This document shows positions 48,946-59,759 of a stretch of DNA of 64,000 nt, one piece after another. Location of the stretch: assembly GCF_014698145.1 (NCBI RefSeq), contig NZ_JACJSM010000001.1, forward strand, positions 344,633-408,632, written 5' to 3'. Positions within the stretch are counted from its first letter, which is position 1; every line of letters starts with the position of its first letter. A program made the position numbers and the translations under genes. This DNA comes from Oscillatoria sp. FACHB-1406. Lineage in GTDB: Bacteria; Cyanobacteriota; Cyanobacteriia; Cyanobacteriales; Spirulinaceae. The notes below the pieces were generated by a model. The model searched no databases. It was not told where the DNA came from and saw only the letters and a list, made by a program, of their open reading frames with translations.

Positions 48946-51900
48946 GTGAGTTCTCAGATTCTAGCCTCCAGTTTAACATTTAAACCCATGAACTTTTTAG
49001 ACGGCTACTCCATCAGCGAGCTTATTTACAAAAGCGATAATTCTACGATTTATCGCGGCTTTCGGGAACGAGATCGAACTCCCGTTATTCTTAAGCTTCC
49101 CAGCGAAACCTCTCCTACTCCTGAAACAATTGCTCGTTACAAAAAAGAATATGAGATTGCTCGCGCTCTCAAATCTCGAGGAATAGTTACAGCCCTCGAT
49201 TGTCAAGAAAGTTTTCATAGCGTTGTTTTAGTATTTGAGGATATTGGGGCTGTTCCTTTAAAACAAAGAGTATCTGCGGGATTAGGACTCGCTGAATTTC
49301 TCGATATTGCTATTCAACTCTCAGAGATTGTAGCGCAAATTCACGAGGGAGGAGCAATCCATAAAGACATAAACCCTAATAATATTTTATTTGACCCCAA
49401 GACTCAAAATATAAAACTCATTGATTTTGGTATTTCCACAACTTTTACCCACGAAAATTTTAGTCCTCAATCGGTAAATGTGTTAGAAGGGACACTCGCC
49501 TATCTTTCCCCCGAACAAAGCGGAAGAATGAATCGCCATCTAGATTATCGTACCGATTTTTATTCTTTAGGCATTACCTTTTACGAACTGCTTCTGGGCC
49601 AAATTCCTTTTACGACCCAAGACCCTTTAGAATTAGTCCACTGCCATATTGCTAAACAACCTACGCCACCCCACCATCTCAATGAAAAAGTCCCTGAAAT
49701 CATCTCCAAAATTGTCTTAAAATTGATAGCAAAGACGGCAGAAGAACGGTATCAAAGTGCTTGGGGTCTAAAGTGCGATCTCGAATACTGTCTCGAACAA
49801 TTGCAAATGACAGGGGTAATTGTTCCTTTTCAACTCGGCATGAAAGATATTCCCAGCCGATTTCAAGTTTCCCAGAAACTTTACGGTCGAGAAGCAGAAA
49901 TAGAAAAGCTTTTAAAGGCGTTTGAGCGAGTTGCGATGGGAGAAACTTCGGGGGCATATACCATTCTAGTTTCGGGTTATTCTGGGATTGGAAAGTCAAC
50001 TTTAGTCAGAGAACTATATAAAGAACTGCCTCGTACTCACGGTTACTTTATTTCCGGAAAGTTCGAGCAGTTTCAACGCGATATTCCTTACTATGCGCTA
50101 ATTTCTGCTTTTTCAAATCTCGTCGAGCAACTGTTAACAGAAACAACAGAAAATTTACAGAAATGGCGCGATAAAATTCTTGCTTCTCTCGGTGAGAATA
50201 GCCAAATTATTATAGACTTAATTCCTAAAGTTGAGTTAATTATTGGGTCTCAACCTGCCGTTCCTGAAATGAGAGGGATAGAAGCTCAGAACCGCTTCAC
50301 TTTAGTCTTTCAAAACTTTATACGAGTCTTTTGCGATCGCGAGCATCCTTTAATTCTCTTCCTAGATGATTTACAATGGGCCGATTTAGCGACACTGAAG
50401 CTCCTGGAACTGTTGACGAGCGATCGCAATACGCAATATCTCTTACTAATCAGTTCGTATCGAGACAATGAAGTGGATGCAATTCATCCATTACGACAAA
50501 CCCTAGAAATTATTGCTAGTCATCATCAAGAAGCGATTGCAGAAATTAGGCTAGTTCCCCTAGAGTTAGAGCAAATTGAGATGCTTATTGCCGACACTTT
50601 GCACCACAGTTCCGAATCTGTTCGTCCTTTAGCACAACTTGTGTTGAATAAGACCGGGGGAAACCCTTTTTTTATTAATGAGTTTTTAAAAGTTTTATAT
50701 CGAGAAGGACTTTTATATCTTAACTTTTCTAGGCTGACAGATAATACTAATCGCGATCTAATTTGGGAATGGGATCTCGCTGCGATTGAACAACTCAAAG
50801 CAACTGATAATATTGTCGATCTAATCGCGGGTCGGTTAAGAAATTTGCCTGACTTTGTAAGGGACGTTCTGCAATGCGCAGCTTGTTTAGGAATTCAATT
50901 CGATCGCAATTTGCTTTCACAGATTTGTAATGCTTCAGAAGAAGAAGTTTTAAACGCACTCGAAGAAGCTGTACGAGCCGAATTACTCCTGACTTTATTC
51001 AGCTATAGCAAAACGCACATTCTAACCCAATATAAATTTGCTCACGATCGTATCCAACAAGCCGCTTATAATTCTTTAAATCCTTCAGACCGCATCGCAT
51101 TACAGTTAAACATTGCTCGCTTGCTTCTCCAGCATACACCTTCCGAACATCTGAGCGATCGCATTTTTGAGATTATCGACCGTTTTAATCTCGCAATCTC
51201 CCTCGTCACGGATGCAACAGAACGGCAAGAAGTGGCGCGACTGAATTTATTAGCGGGGAGAAAAGCAAAAGCTGCTGCTGCTTATTCGGCTGCTGTAAAA
51301 TATTTAGAAAAAAGCTTGTCGTTATGTCCTCAAAATAGCTGGGAAAGTTACTATGACTTTACTTTAACAGTTTGTGAAGAAGCCATTGAAGCTCACTACT
51401 TAAATACAAATTTCGAGCGAGCAGAATCTTTAGCAGATATCGTCCTGAAAAATGCTAAGCAAAATCTCGATCGCATTAAAACTCAAGAATTAATTATCCA
51501 AAGTTATACTGCACAGAATAAACCCTCTCAAGCACTCGAACTCGGTATCAGTACGCTCGAAATTATCGGACTCCCTTTAGAAACTGACTTGGAATGGGAG
51601 CTTTCTTTACCCGCACTCGAATCTCTCGAGCGAGTTGCACAGATGAGTAACCCTTTGGATTTGTCGGCGATGCGAGTTTTAATGGTGATTTGTCCTTCTG
51701 CTTACTTTATTGACCCACAAAAATTGCTTGCTATTGTATTAACAATGGTCAATTTGACCTTAAGAAAGGGGCATTCTGCACTTTCAGCGTATGCCTATGT
51801 TTGGTATGCTGCGCTAAGTTCTGCGCTCGGTAAATTTGAGCTAGGATATCAAGCTGGACAACTCGCCTTAAATTTAGTCGATCGCTACAATGCTAAAGAC

Positions 51901-54246
51901 CTTAAAGCCAAGGTATATAACTTGTTTTGTGCTTTAGTGCGTCACTGGAAAGAACCTGCTAGAAATAGTATTCCCATGCTTCAAGAAGGGATTCGATTTG
52001 GATTTGAAACCGGAGACCGCGAGTATGCGTGTTATTGCATTAAAGACTATTGCGTTCACCTATTTATGAGCGGGGAGCCTCTGCAATGGGTCGTCACGAG
52101 AATGCAAGAAAATGAACCTAAATTGTTAGAATCTAAGCAATACTATTCAATTTATCAAACTCAAATTTGGCAACAAGTTTGTTGCAATCTTCTCAATCCA
52201 AAATCATATTCTCCTAGCTTACAAGGAGACACCTTCGATGAAGTAGAAATTTTATCAATTTTACAGGAATCGAACAATAGGACTCTCCTCTGTGTTTTTT
52301 ATTTAGCTAAACTCAACCTTGCCTATCTATTTAAAGATTATAGTGCCGCGCTCTACCATGCTCGTGCTGTCGATGAATATCTCGATGCAGTGATGGGATT
52401 TCTCTACGTTGCCATCCATAACTTTTATGATTCACTTGCATTGTTAGCTTTAGCCTCTGAAAATCCTTCGGTAGATTTAGAACGAGTAGAATCCAACCAA
52501 AAACAACTTAAAGAATGGGCAAACTTAGCACCAGCGAACTTTAAACATAAGTACGAATTAGTGGAAGCAGAACGAGCAAGGGTTGCCGGTAATTACTGGC
52601 AAGCTGCCGAACTTTACAATTGTGCGGTTAGAGGAGCAAATGAGAATTGCTATCTTCAAGAAGAAGCACTGGCGTGCGAATTAGCGGCTGAGTTTTATTG
52701 GGAACGTAATTTAAATCCGCTCGCGCAAACTTACTTCCAGTCTGCGATTGAAAGTTATAGGAATTGGCAGGCTTTTGCAAAAGTAAAACAGTTAGAAAAA
52801 CGCTATATTAGCATTTTTGGAGAGTTAATTCATACAACTCATAATACACAAAAAACAAATGAAATTTCTCTAAAAACTATAAAAACAACTTCTGATTCGC
52901 AACATCTTTTAGACCTGGCGAGTATTATTAAAGCCTCTCAAACAATTGGTGGCGAAATTATTCTAGCGGACTTATTAAAGAAGCTATTAAAAATTCTTAT
53001 TGAAAATGCGGGCGCGCAGACGGGCTATTTACTATTAGCACAAAACGGAAATTTTTTTATTGAAGCCGCCGGTTCGATCGATTCTGAGAATGTCTCAGTT
53101 TTGCAATCGCTCCCGCTCGAAAATCGCTTGCCGCTCTCGGTTATTAATTATGTTGCCCGACTCCACGAAAGTGTGGCTTTAGATAATGCCACATTAGAGG
53201 GAAATTTTACGAACGATCGTTATATTCAACAGAATCAAGCGAAATCGATTCTTTGCGTTCCCGCGATCGAACAAGGACAATTAACGAGTATTGTTTATCT
53301 CGAGAACAGTTTAACGCCGGGAGCGTTCTCGCGCGATCGCGTCGAAGTCATTAAAATTCTAGCCACTCAAGCAGCCATTTCCATTGAAAATGCCTGCCTC
53401 TACCAAACTCTCGAAGATAAAGTCGCAAAACGTACCGCCGAACTTGCTGAAGCAAACGCCGAAATTACTCTTCTCAATGAGCGTCTCAAACAAGAAAACG
53501 TGCGTTTGAGTGCTGAAGTTGAAGTCGTTAAGCGATTGCAGGCAATGGTTTTGCCAAAAACTGCCGAATTGCAAGCGATTGAATCTCTAGATATTGCTGT
53601 TTATATGGAACCTGCTGATGAAGTGGGCGGCGACTATTACGATGTTTGGAAATACGATGGTGGTGTAAAAATTGCCATTGGTGATGTCACCGGACACGGC
53701 TTAGAAAGTGGCGTTTTAACAATTATGGCTCAAACCGCTGCCCGCAGCATTCATAACGAAGGTCAAACTAATCCCTGCCAATTTTTAAATAGCCTTAATC
53801 GCACGCTGTATGACAATATCCAGCGCATGAATTCGGATAAAAGCATGAGCTTTATTCTGCTCGACTATCGCGACGGTACGCTTGAATTTAGCGGACAACA
53901 CGAAGAGATTATTGTGGTGCGAGCCGAGGGAAAAATTGAACGCATTGACACGATCGATTTAGGGTTTCCACTGGCGTTGGAACCTGACATTATAAATTTT
54001 GTGGCGCAAAGGCAAATAACACTAGAGTCTGGAGATGTAGTGTTTTTATATACTGATGGAATTACTGAAGCCTTTAACTTGAAGCGAAAAGAGTACGGCA
54101 TTGACAGGCTGTGTGAAGTTTTATTAGCTCACTACCGCGAAAATGTTGAAAAGATTTGTCAAGCTGTTGTTGAGGACGTGCAGCGATATATCGGCGATCA
54201 AAAAGTATTTGACGATCTTGCAATAGTGGTGGTGAAACAAAAATAG
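48946..54246 (+). CDS. Giant signalling protein, 1766 aa: N-terminal Ser/Thr protein kinase, AAA_16/NACHT-like ATPase, long helical/TPR-like region, GAF, coiled coil, C-terminal PP2C (SpoIIE-type) phosphatase. Alternative start at Met 48988.
   Basis: Kinase HKDINPNNILF, DFGIS and SPEQ. Walker A GYSGIGKST. The GAF region ends at ISIENACLYQTLE. PP2C motifs GGDYYDV, GDVTGHG and YTDGITEA. Confidence 0.75.
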   Translation: MSSQILASSLTFKPMNFLDGYSISELIYKSDNSTIYRGFRERDRTPVILKLPSETSPTPETIARYKKEYEIARALKSRGIVTALDCQESFHSVVLVFEDIGAVPLKQRVSAGLGLAEFLDIAIQLSEIVAQIHEGGAIHKDINPNNILFDPKTQNIKLIDFGISTTFTHENFSPQSVNVLEGTLAYLSPEQSGRMNRHLDYRTDFYSLGITFYELLLGQIPFTTQDPLELVHCHIAKQPTPPHHLNEKVPEIISKIVLKLIAKTAEERYQSAWGLKCDLEYCLEQLQMTGVIVPFQLGMKDIPSRFQVSQKLYGREAEIEKLLKAFERVAMGETSGAYTILVSGYSGIGKSTLVRELYKELPRTHGYFISGKFEQFQRDIPYYALISAFSNLVEQLLTETTENLQKWRDKILASLGENSQIIIDLIPKVELIIGSQPAVPEMRGIEAQNRFTLVFQNFIRVFCDREHPLILFLDDLQWADLATLKLLELLTSDRNTQYLLLISSYRDNEVDAIHPLRQTLEIIASHHQEAIAEIRLVPLELEQIEMLIADTLHHSSESVRPLAQLVLNKTGGNPFFINEFLKVLYREGLLYLNFSRLTDNTNRDLIWEWDLAAIEQLKATDNIVDLIAGRLRNLPDFVRDVLQCAACLGIQFDRNLLSQICNASEEEVLNALEEAVRAELLLTLFSYSKTHILTQYKFAHDRIQQAAYNSLNPSDRIALQLNIARLLLQHTPSEHLSDRIFEIIDRFNLAISLVTDATERQEVARLNLLAGRKAKAAAAYSAAVKYLEKSLSLCPQNSWESYYDFTLTVCEEAIEAHYLNTNFERAESLADIVLKNAKQNLDRIKTQELIIQSYTAQNKPSQALELGISTLEIIGLPLETDLEWELSLPALESLERVAQMSNPLDLSAMRVLMVICPSAYFIDPQKLLAIVLTMVNLTLRKGHSALSAYAYVWYAALSSALGKFELGYQAGQLALNLVDRYNAKDLKAKVYNLFCALVRHWKEPARNSIPMLQEGIRFGFETGDREYACYCIKDYCVHLFMSGEPLQWVVTRMQENEPKLLESKQYYSIYQTQIWQQVCCNLLNPKSYSPSLQGDTFDEVEILSILQESNNRTLLCVFYLAKLNLAYLFKDYSAALYHARAVDEYLDAVMGFLYVAIHNFYDSLALLALASENPSVDLERVESNQKQLKEWANLAPANFKHKYELVEAERARVAGNYWQAAELYNCAVRGANENCYLQEEALACELAAEFYWERNLNPLAQTYFQSAIESYRNWQAFAKVKQLEKRYISIFGELIHTTHNTQKTNEISLKTIKTTSDSQHLLDLASIIKASQTIGGEIILADLLKKLLKILIENAGAQTGYLLLAQNGNFFIEAAGSIDSENVSVLQSLPLENRLPLSVINYVARLHESVALDNATLEGNFTNDRYIQQNQAKSILCVPAIEQGQLTSIVYLENSLTPGAFSRDRVEVIKILATQAAISIENACLYQTLEDKVAKRTAELAEANAEITLLNERLKQENVRLSAEVEVVKRLQAMVLPKTAELQAIESLDIAVYMEPADEVGGDYYDVWKYDGGVKIAIGDVTGHGLESGVLTIMAQTAARSIHNEGQTNPCQFLNSLNRTLYDNIQRMNSDKSMSFILLDYRDGTLEFSGQHEEIIVVRAEGKIERIDTIDLGFPLALEPDIINFVAQRQITLESGDVVFLYTDGITEAFNLKRKEYGIDRLCEVLLAHYRENVEKICQAVVEDVQRYIGDQKVFDDLAIVVVKQK

Positions 54247-54290
54247 AGAATCTTGTTTCTTTAATATTATAGAACTAGGGTGGTTTATCC

Positions 54291-54337
54291 GTTGTTAATT
54301 GTCAATTGTCTTTTGTCAATTATCAATTATTCATTAA
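54291..54337. repeat. Heptanucleotide tandem repeats (TTAATTG/TCAATTG/TCAATTA…) in the leader of the second giant gene
   Basis: gttgttaattgtcaattgtcttttgtcaattatcaattattcattaa. Same CAATTGT motif family as 32698-32731. Confidence 0.65.
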
Positions 54338-54349
54338 CGGGTCGCTTTT

Positions 54350-57300
54350 ATGAAATTTTTACAAGGATATCAACTTACGCAACAGATTCACGAAGGTTTG
54401 TCCACGGCAGTATATCGGGGCATTCGCGAACGAGACGGAAAACTCGTGACGCTGAAAATGAGCCGCCATGAGTACCCAAATGTGGCGGTTAATGCTCGAC
54501 TCAAGCACGAGTACGAAATTTTAAAGGGTTTGTCATTGAAGGGCAGCATCCGAGCTTATGCTTTAGAAAACGACAATCATCGTCTCGCGATCGTTTTTGA
54601 AAATAGTACGGGTATTTCGCTGAGACGGTATTGTAGGCTCAAGACTATCGATCTGCGACTCTTTTTAAAAATCGCGATCGCGATTGTTAGCGCTCTCCAA
54701 GAACTTCATCATCACAAAATCATCCACAGAGATATAAAACCAGACAATATTATTATCGAGCCTCAAACCGCGCAAATCAAGCTCGTCGATTTTGGTCTAG
54801 CGGCACGCTTTAGTGCTGAAACTAACTCATTTGAAAATCCCCAAGCAATTGTCGGAAGTTGGCCTTATATTTCTCCGGAACAAACGGGAAGAATTAATCG
54901 AACTGTCGATCGCCGAACTGACTATTATTCTCTGGGCGTAACTTTATATGAAATTTTACTGAAGGAGCGACCGTTTCTCACAAATGACCCTTTAGAAATG
55001 GTTCACTGTCACCTTGCCCGACAGCCCATTCTCCCTCACGAAAAAAAACCTTCAATCCCGCTTTCGGTTTCTGAAATTGTGATGAAACTTCTGTCAAAAA
55101 CTGTCGAAAGCCGGTATCAAACCGCCTTTGGAATTTTGGCGGATTTAAAAAAGTGTTACGAGCGACTGAGTGCAAGCGGTCAAATTGCTCCCTTCCCCAT
55201 TGGCATTGTAGACGATGCCAGCCGCTTTGTCATCCCTCAAAAACTTTACGGACGGGAGCTAGAATTTCAACGCTTGAATGCGAGGCTCGAGCGGTTCTTT
55301 TTGCCTCCACCAGCAACCGCCTTAACGTCACCGCCAGCCTCTCGAGTCCTTGAAAAGCAGTTGCCTCAATTCATTCTCATTAAAGGCGAACCGGGCGCGG
55401 GAAAATCTTATTTAGTTAACCAATTTTTTGAGCGCTCTAAACAGCATCAATGTTTTTTTATTGAAGGTAAATTCGAGCAATTGCAACCGAACACGCCTTA
55501 TGCTTGTTTGATTCAAGCGTTCCGGGTGTCTATCGATAAACTCCTCGCCCAAAACCAAGCAACTTTGGAAAAGTGGAAAGGAGAGTTCGAGCAAGCGTTA
55601 GGCGTTCACGGACAATTGATTGTCGATGTCATTCCTGAATTAGAAATGATTATCGGCAAGCAGCGTTCCGTTCCCAGTTTGAAGCCCAACGATAGCCTCA
55701 ATCGTTTCAACTCCGTTTTTAAAAAATTTGTTCGCGTTTTCGCGCGTCCGGAACATCCCCTCATTCTTTTTCTGGACGATCTTCAATGGGCAGATACTGC
55801 TTCGCTGAGTGTAATCCGCGTTCTGTTAAGCGGACTCGATAACCCACATTTTCTCTTACTCGGTACCGTTCGCGATAATGAGGTTCAGGGCGAACATCCG
55901 TTGCAAGAAACCCTAGATGGTATTTCAGAAATAGGCGTAAAGATTGAGGAAATCGAACTCTCGCCGTTAAGTTTTGAGTCAACGTTGGAACTGATAGTTG
56001 AAACCTTACAGTGCGATCGCGATCGCGCCCGTCCGCTCGCCCAGCTTTGCCAGCAAAAAACCAACGGTAATCCCTTTTTTCTCAATCAAATTCTCAAGTC
56101 TTTTTATCAGCAAGGAATTTTTGAGTATAACAGCGATCGCGGAAGTTGGAACTGGAATATCCGACAGATTGAGCAAGTTAATATTTCTGAAAATGTAGTT
56201 GAGTTTGTCAGCCAAAAACTTGAGAAGTTTTCAGAGTGTCATAAACAACTTCTGGGGTTAGCAAGCTGTATCGGCAGTCAATTTGACGGAGAAATGCTAG
56301 CTGAACTTCAGAACAATTCTCATCTAGATATCGAATACGTTCTTTATAAAAGTTTGCAGGAAGGACTGATTATCGACCTCAAAAAGTTAGGGCGAGTTGG
56401 GCTTGGTGGCGAGGAGAGTTCAACAAGTCTATTCTCGGTTTCACAGCGCGTTTATCAATTCTCTCACGACCGAATTCAACAAGTTTGCTCTGCCTTTCTT
56501 TCTGAGGAACAACGCTGTGTTAATCATGCAAAGATCGGGCGCTGGTTGCTTGCTAAAAGTAGCGATCGCGAGCTTGAGGAAAAGCTCTTTAAGATTACGC
56601 GACACTGGAACGCTGGAGAAGGCGCTCTGACTTCGTTAGAAGACTACAAACAACTGATGCTGCTTAATTACCGCTGCGGGGTAAAAGCGAAAAAATCGAC
56701 AGCGTTTGCTTCGGCGCGGGATTACTTTGCTCTAGCTTTAACGCACTCGCCTGTTAACAGTTGGAGTGAGGAGCGAGAGCTAACTTTTGTGTTGCATCGC
56801 GACTTGGCGGAATGCGAATATTTATGCAATAACTTAGAGCGCGCGGACGAACTTTTACAAGTTGCTTTAAAGCACGCCCAAACTATCTTAGAAGAAGTCG
56901 AGCTACAAGAAATTCTCTGCGCTCTTTACAGTCTCCGAGGTCAATATCGAAATATTCTCAAAACAGGGGCGAGCTATCTCGATCGCTTCGGAATTCACAT
57001 TCCTCTCGATAACCCCGAACTCCTGCAAAAGATGCTTGCGGAATATTTTCAATGGTATCGAGAAGTTTTTGAAAAAATTGAGGTTGTTTCTCTTGCCGAT
57101 CTACCTGAAATGGTCGATTCGCGCATGAAAGCTTGTGTGGGGTTGCTTAATAATATGACTCCGGCTGCTTATTTTTGCGATCGCCATTTACTAGCTTTAA
57201 TCGGGCTGAAATTGTTGCAAATCACCTACGAGTACGGCAACGCCAGAAACGTCGCCGATGCTTACGCGGCTTGGGGCGTAGTTCTGAGCGCGCAACTGCA

Positions 57301-59713
57301 AGAATATAAGGCGGGTTACGAGTTTGGAAAATTAGCCGTCGCGCTCAATAAACGTCAGGAACTTGTCTCTCACTCTTTCAATCTTTTCGGCGCGCTCATT
57401 GCTCCTTGGCGACAATCTTTAAAGCAAAATATTCCAATTCTGCGGGCGGCTTTTAAGGCGGGAGCCGAACTGCGAGATTTACAAACTAGCTTTGGTGCTA
57501 GCCATCTCATCTCGCAGCGAATTGTTGCTAATGAAGATTTAGAGAGCATCTTAGAAGAAATTAACGAGCATATCGAGTTTTTTCGGAAAACTCACGATCT
57601 TGTTTTTCTGGCAACTATTCAAATCAAACAGCATTTTCTGCTCAACTTAAAAGGTCAAACGTTTTCTAAATTCTCGTTGAGTAGCGAAGGATATGACGAG
57701 CAACAGGGCTTAGAAATTTGGCAGAAGGCGAACTTTACGCCAGGGATAGCCCAATATTGGATGTACAAAGCGAAAGTTGCGTTTCTTTATGGCGATTACT
57801 CGCAAGCCGTAACGATGGGAAAAATGGCGGTGGAACAGGCAATTTTTGTACGAGGGTCAATCCTGCAAGCCGAACCTTATTTCGATTGTGCGTTGAGTAT
57901 TACCGCCATTTTTAAGGAGTTGCCTTCTGAAGAAAAACCGGAGTATTGGCAATTGCTAGAAACCTGCCATCGTACCTACGAATTATGGGCAGAGAATTGT
58001 CCGGATAATTTTCTAAATCGGTTGCTATTAATTGAAGCGGAAATCTGGCGAATTCAAGGGCGCTTAGAGGAGGCAATGGAGCTATACGATCGCGCGATCG
58101 CGTCGGCTAAAGATAACGGTTTTTTGCTCAACGAAGCGATCGCTAACGAACTCGCCGCCAAGTTCTGGTTAAATCGTCAGAAGCCTGATTTTGCTCGCTT
58201 GTATGCTTGCAAAGCTTACTACATTTATCAGCAGTGGGGGGCGCTCCGCAAAGTGGAAGATTTAGAAGCGCGTTACCCAGAATGGTTTTTGTCCCCGACT
58301 GTGCCGCAAAAGGGAGAAATTACGCTGCAAACGCCCTCAAATCACGACAAAACGCCACAGATTTTCGATACAGCGGTGGTCACGCAAGCAGCGCTTGCCA
58401 TTTCCAGCGAAATCGAAATCGAGAAATTGCTAGAAAAGTTAATGCAATTAGCGATTGAAAATGCTGGGGCGCAGCGCGGTTTTTTAATCGTCGCGGAGGG
58501 TCAAGACTGGCGGGTTCAAGCTTCGGGAATTGTCGATCGCGCCCTTAAAATTGAGGTGCTGCAAAACTTAGAAATCGCGAGCGGGGAAATGTTACCGCTC
58601 TCGATTTTGCAATACGTGCAACGGACGCGAGAAGATGTGGTTCTCGCCGATGCTCGCCAAGATCCGCGCTATCGCGACGATCCCTATATCCAGCAGGCGC
58701 AACCCAAGTCTGTCCTCGTCGCCCCTATCCTCGATCGCGGCAAAGTTAGCGCGATCGTGTATCTTGAAAATAATCATACGACCCATGTTTTCGTGCGCGA
58801 TCGCGTCGAAGTTATCAAAGTTCTCGCCGCTCAAGCTGCAATTTCCATCGACAAAGCGCGCCTCTACCAAAACCTCGAACAAAAAGTCGCCGAACGCACC
58901 GCAGAACTTGCTGCTGCTAACGAAGAAATCACCCTCCTCAACGAACGCCTTGAAAACGAAAATATGCGGATGAGTACCGAACTCGATGTCGCTAAAGCCC
59001 TGCAATTTATGGTATTACCAACCGCCGAAGAATTGCAGGCAATTCCTAACTTAGATATTGCTGGTTTTATGGAACCGGCTGATGATGTCGGCGGCGATTA
59101 CTACGATGTTTGGCAATACGATGGCGGGGTGAAAATTGCGCTGGGAGATGTCACCGGACACGGTTTAGAAAGCGGTGCTATCATGATGATGGTGCAAACC
59201 GCCGCCCGCAGTATCCACAACGATGGACAGAGCGATCCGGTGCAATTTATCAACATCCTCAACCGCACCCTCTTTGACAATATCCAGCGCATGAGAGCGG
59301 ATAAAAGTATGACGCTTATCCTGCTGGATTATCGCGACGGAATGCTACAATTTAGCGGACAGCATGAAGAAGTAATTATCGTGCGCGCCGACGGAACCTT
59401 AGAACGATTCGACACGATCGATTTAGGGTTTCCTTTAGCTTTGGAACGGGAAATTAGCAATTTTGTCGGGTCAAATCAAACCCCCTTAAATTCGGGAGAT
59501 GTCGTGCTGCTTTATAGCGATGGAATAACAGAAGCCTTCGACCTCGAAAATAAAGAATACGGAATTGAGCGCTTGTGCGAAGTGCTGCTCGCCCACCACC
59601 GCTGTACCTCCGAAGAGATTTGTCAAGCAATTGTTGAGGATGTGCGGCGATATATCGGCAAACAAAAAGTGTTTGATGATATTACAATGGTGGCAATTAA
59701 GGTTAAGGAATGA
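54350..59713 (+). CDS. Tandem paralog of the previous gene, 1787 aa, with the same STK-AAA-GAF-PP2C architecture
   Basis: Kinase HRDIKPDNIII, DFGLA and SPEQ. Walker A GEPGAGKSY. PP2C GGDYYDV, GDVTGHG and YSDGITEA. About 75% identical to the first copy in the C-terminal third, and divergent elsewhere. Confidence 0.75.
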   Translation: MKFLQGYQLTQQIHEGLSTAVYRGIRERDGKLVTLKMSRHEYPNVAVNARLKHEYEILKGLSLKGSIRAYALENDNHRLAIVFENSTGISLRRYCRLKTIDLRLFLKIAIAIVSALQELHHHKIIHRDIKPDNIIIEPQTAQIKLVDFGLAARFSAETNSFENPQAIVGSWPYISPEQTGRINRTVDRRTDYYSLGVTLYEILLKERPFLTNDPLEMVHCHLARQPILPHEKKPSIPLSVSEIVMKLLSKTVESRYQTAFGILADLKKCYERLSASGQIAPFPIGIVDDASRFVIPQKLYGRELEFQRLNARLERFFLPPPATALTSPPASRVLEKQLPQFILIKGEPGAGKSYLVNQFFERSKQHQCFFIEGKFEQLQPNTPYACLIQAFRVSIDKLLAQNQATLEKWKGEFEQALGVHGQLIVDVIPELEMIIGKQRSVPSLKPNDSLNRFNSVFKKFVRVFARPEHPLILFLDDLQWADTASLSVIRVLLSGLDNPHFLLLGTVRDNEVQGEHPLQETLDGISEIGVKIEEIELSPLSFESTLELIVETLQCDRDRARPLAQLCQQKTNGNPFFLNQILKSFYQQGIFEYNSDRGSWNWNIRQIEQVNISENVVEFVSQKLEKFSECHKQLLGLASCIGSQFDGEMLAELQNNSHLDIEYVLYKSLQEGLIIDLKKLGRVGLGGEESSTSLFSVSQRVYQFSHDRIQQVCSAFLSEEQRCVNHAKIGRWLLAKSSDRELEEKLFKITRHWNAGEGALTSLEDYKQLMLLNYRCGVKAKKSTAFASARDYFALALTHSPVNSWSEERELTFVLHRDLAECEYLCNNLERADELLQVALKHAQTILEEVELQEILCALYSLRGQYRNILKTGASYLDRFGIHIPLDNPELLQKMLAEYFQWYREVFEKIEVVSLADLPEMVDSRMKACVGLLNNMTPAAYFCDRHLLALIGLKLLQITYEYGNARNVADAYAAWGVVLSAQLQEYKAGYEFGKLAVALNKRQELVSHSFNLFGALIAPWRQSLKQNIPILRAAFKAGAELRDLQTSFGASHLISQRIVANEDLESILEEINEHIEFFRKTHDLVFLATIQIKQHFLLNLKGQTFSKFSLSSEGYDEQQGLEIWQKANFTPGIAQYWMYKAKVAFLYGDYSQAVTMGKMAVEQAIFVRGSILQAEPYFDCALSITAIFKELPSEEKPEYWQLLETCHRTYELWAENCPDNFLNRLLLIEAEIWRIQGRLEEAMELYDRAIASAKDNGFLLNEAIANELAAKFWLNRQKPDFARLYACKAYYIYQQWGALRKVEDLEARYPEWFLSPTVPQKGEITLQTPSNHDKTPQIFDTAVVTQAALAISSEIEIEKLLEKLMQLAIENAGAQRGFLIVAEGQDWRVQASGIVDRALKIEVLQNLEIASGEMLPLSILQYVQRTREDVVLADARQDPRYRDDPYIQQAQPKSVLVAPILDRGKVSAIVYLENNHTTHVFVRDRVEVIKVLAAQAAISIDKARLYQNLEQKVAERTAELAAANEEITLLNERLENENMRMSTELDVAKALQFMVLPTAEELQAIPNLDIAGFMEPADDVGGDYYDVWQYDGGVKIALGDVTGHGLESGAIMMMVQTAARSIHNDGQSDPVQFINILNRTLFDNIQRMRADKSMTLILLDYRDGMLQFSGQHEEVIIVRADGTLERFDTIDLGFPLALEREISNFVGSNQTPLNSGDVVLLYSDGITEAFDLENKEYGIERLCEVLLAHHRCTSEEICQAIVEDVRRYIGKQKVFDDITMVAIKVKE

Positions 59714-59759
59714 TGCTTTTTAGGGTTAAATCGGAGTTCTTAAACTTTTCGTAACTCCC

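Noticed and set aside
48946-54246. HKD instead of HRD in the catalytic loop of the first giant kinase, as evidence of a pseudokinase
   Set aside because: The catalytic Asp, the DFG motif and the VAIK-like Lys are retained. Loss of the HRD Arg is common in non-RD kinases and does not imply inactivity.
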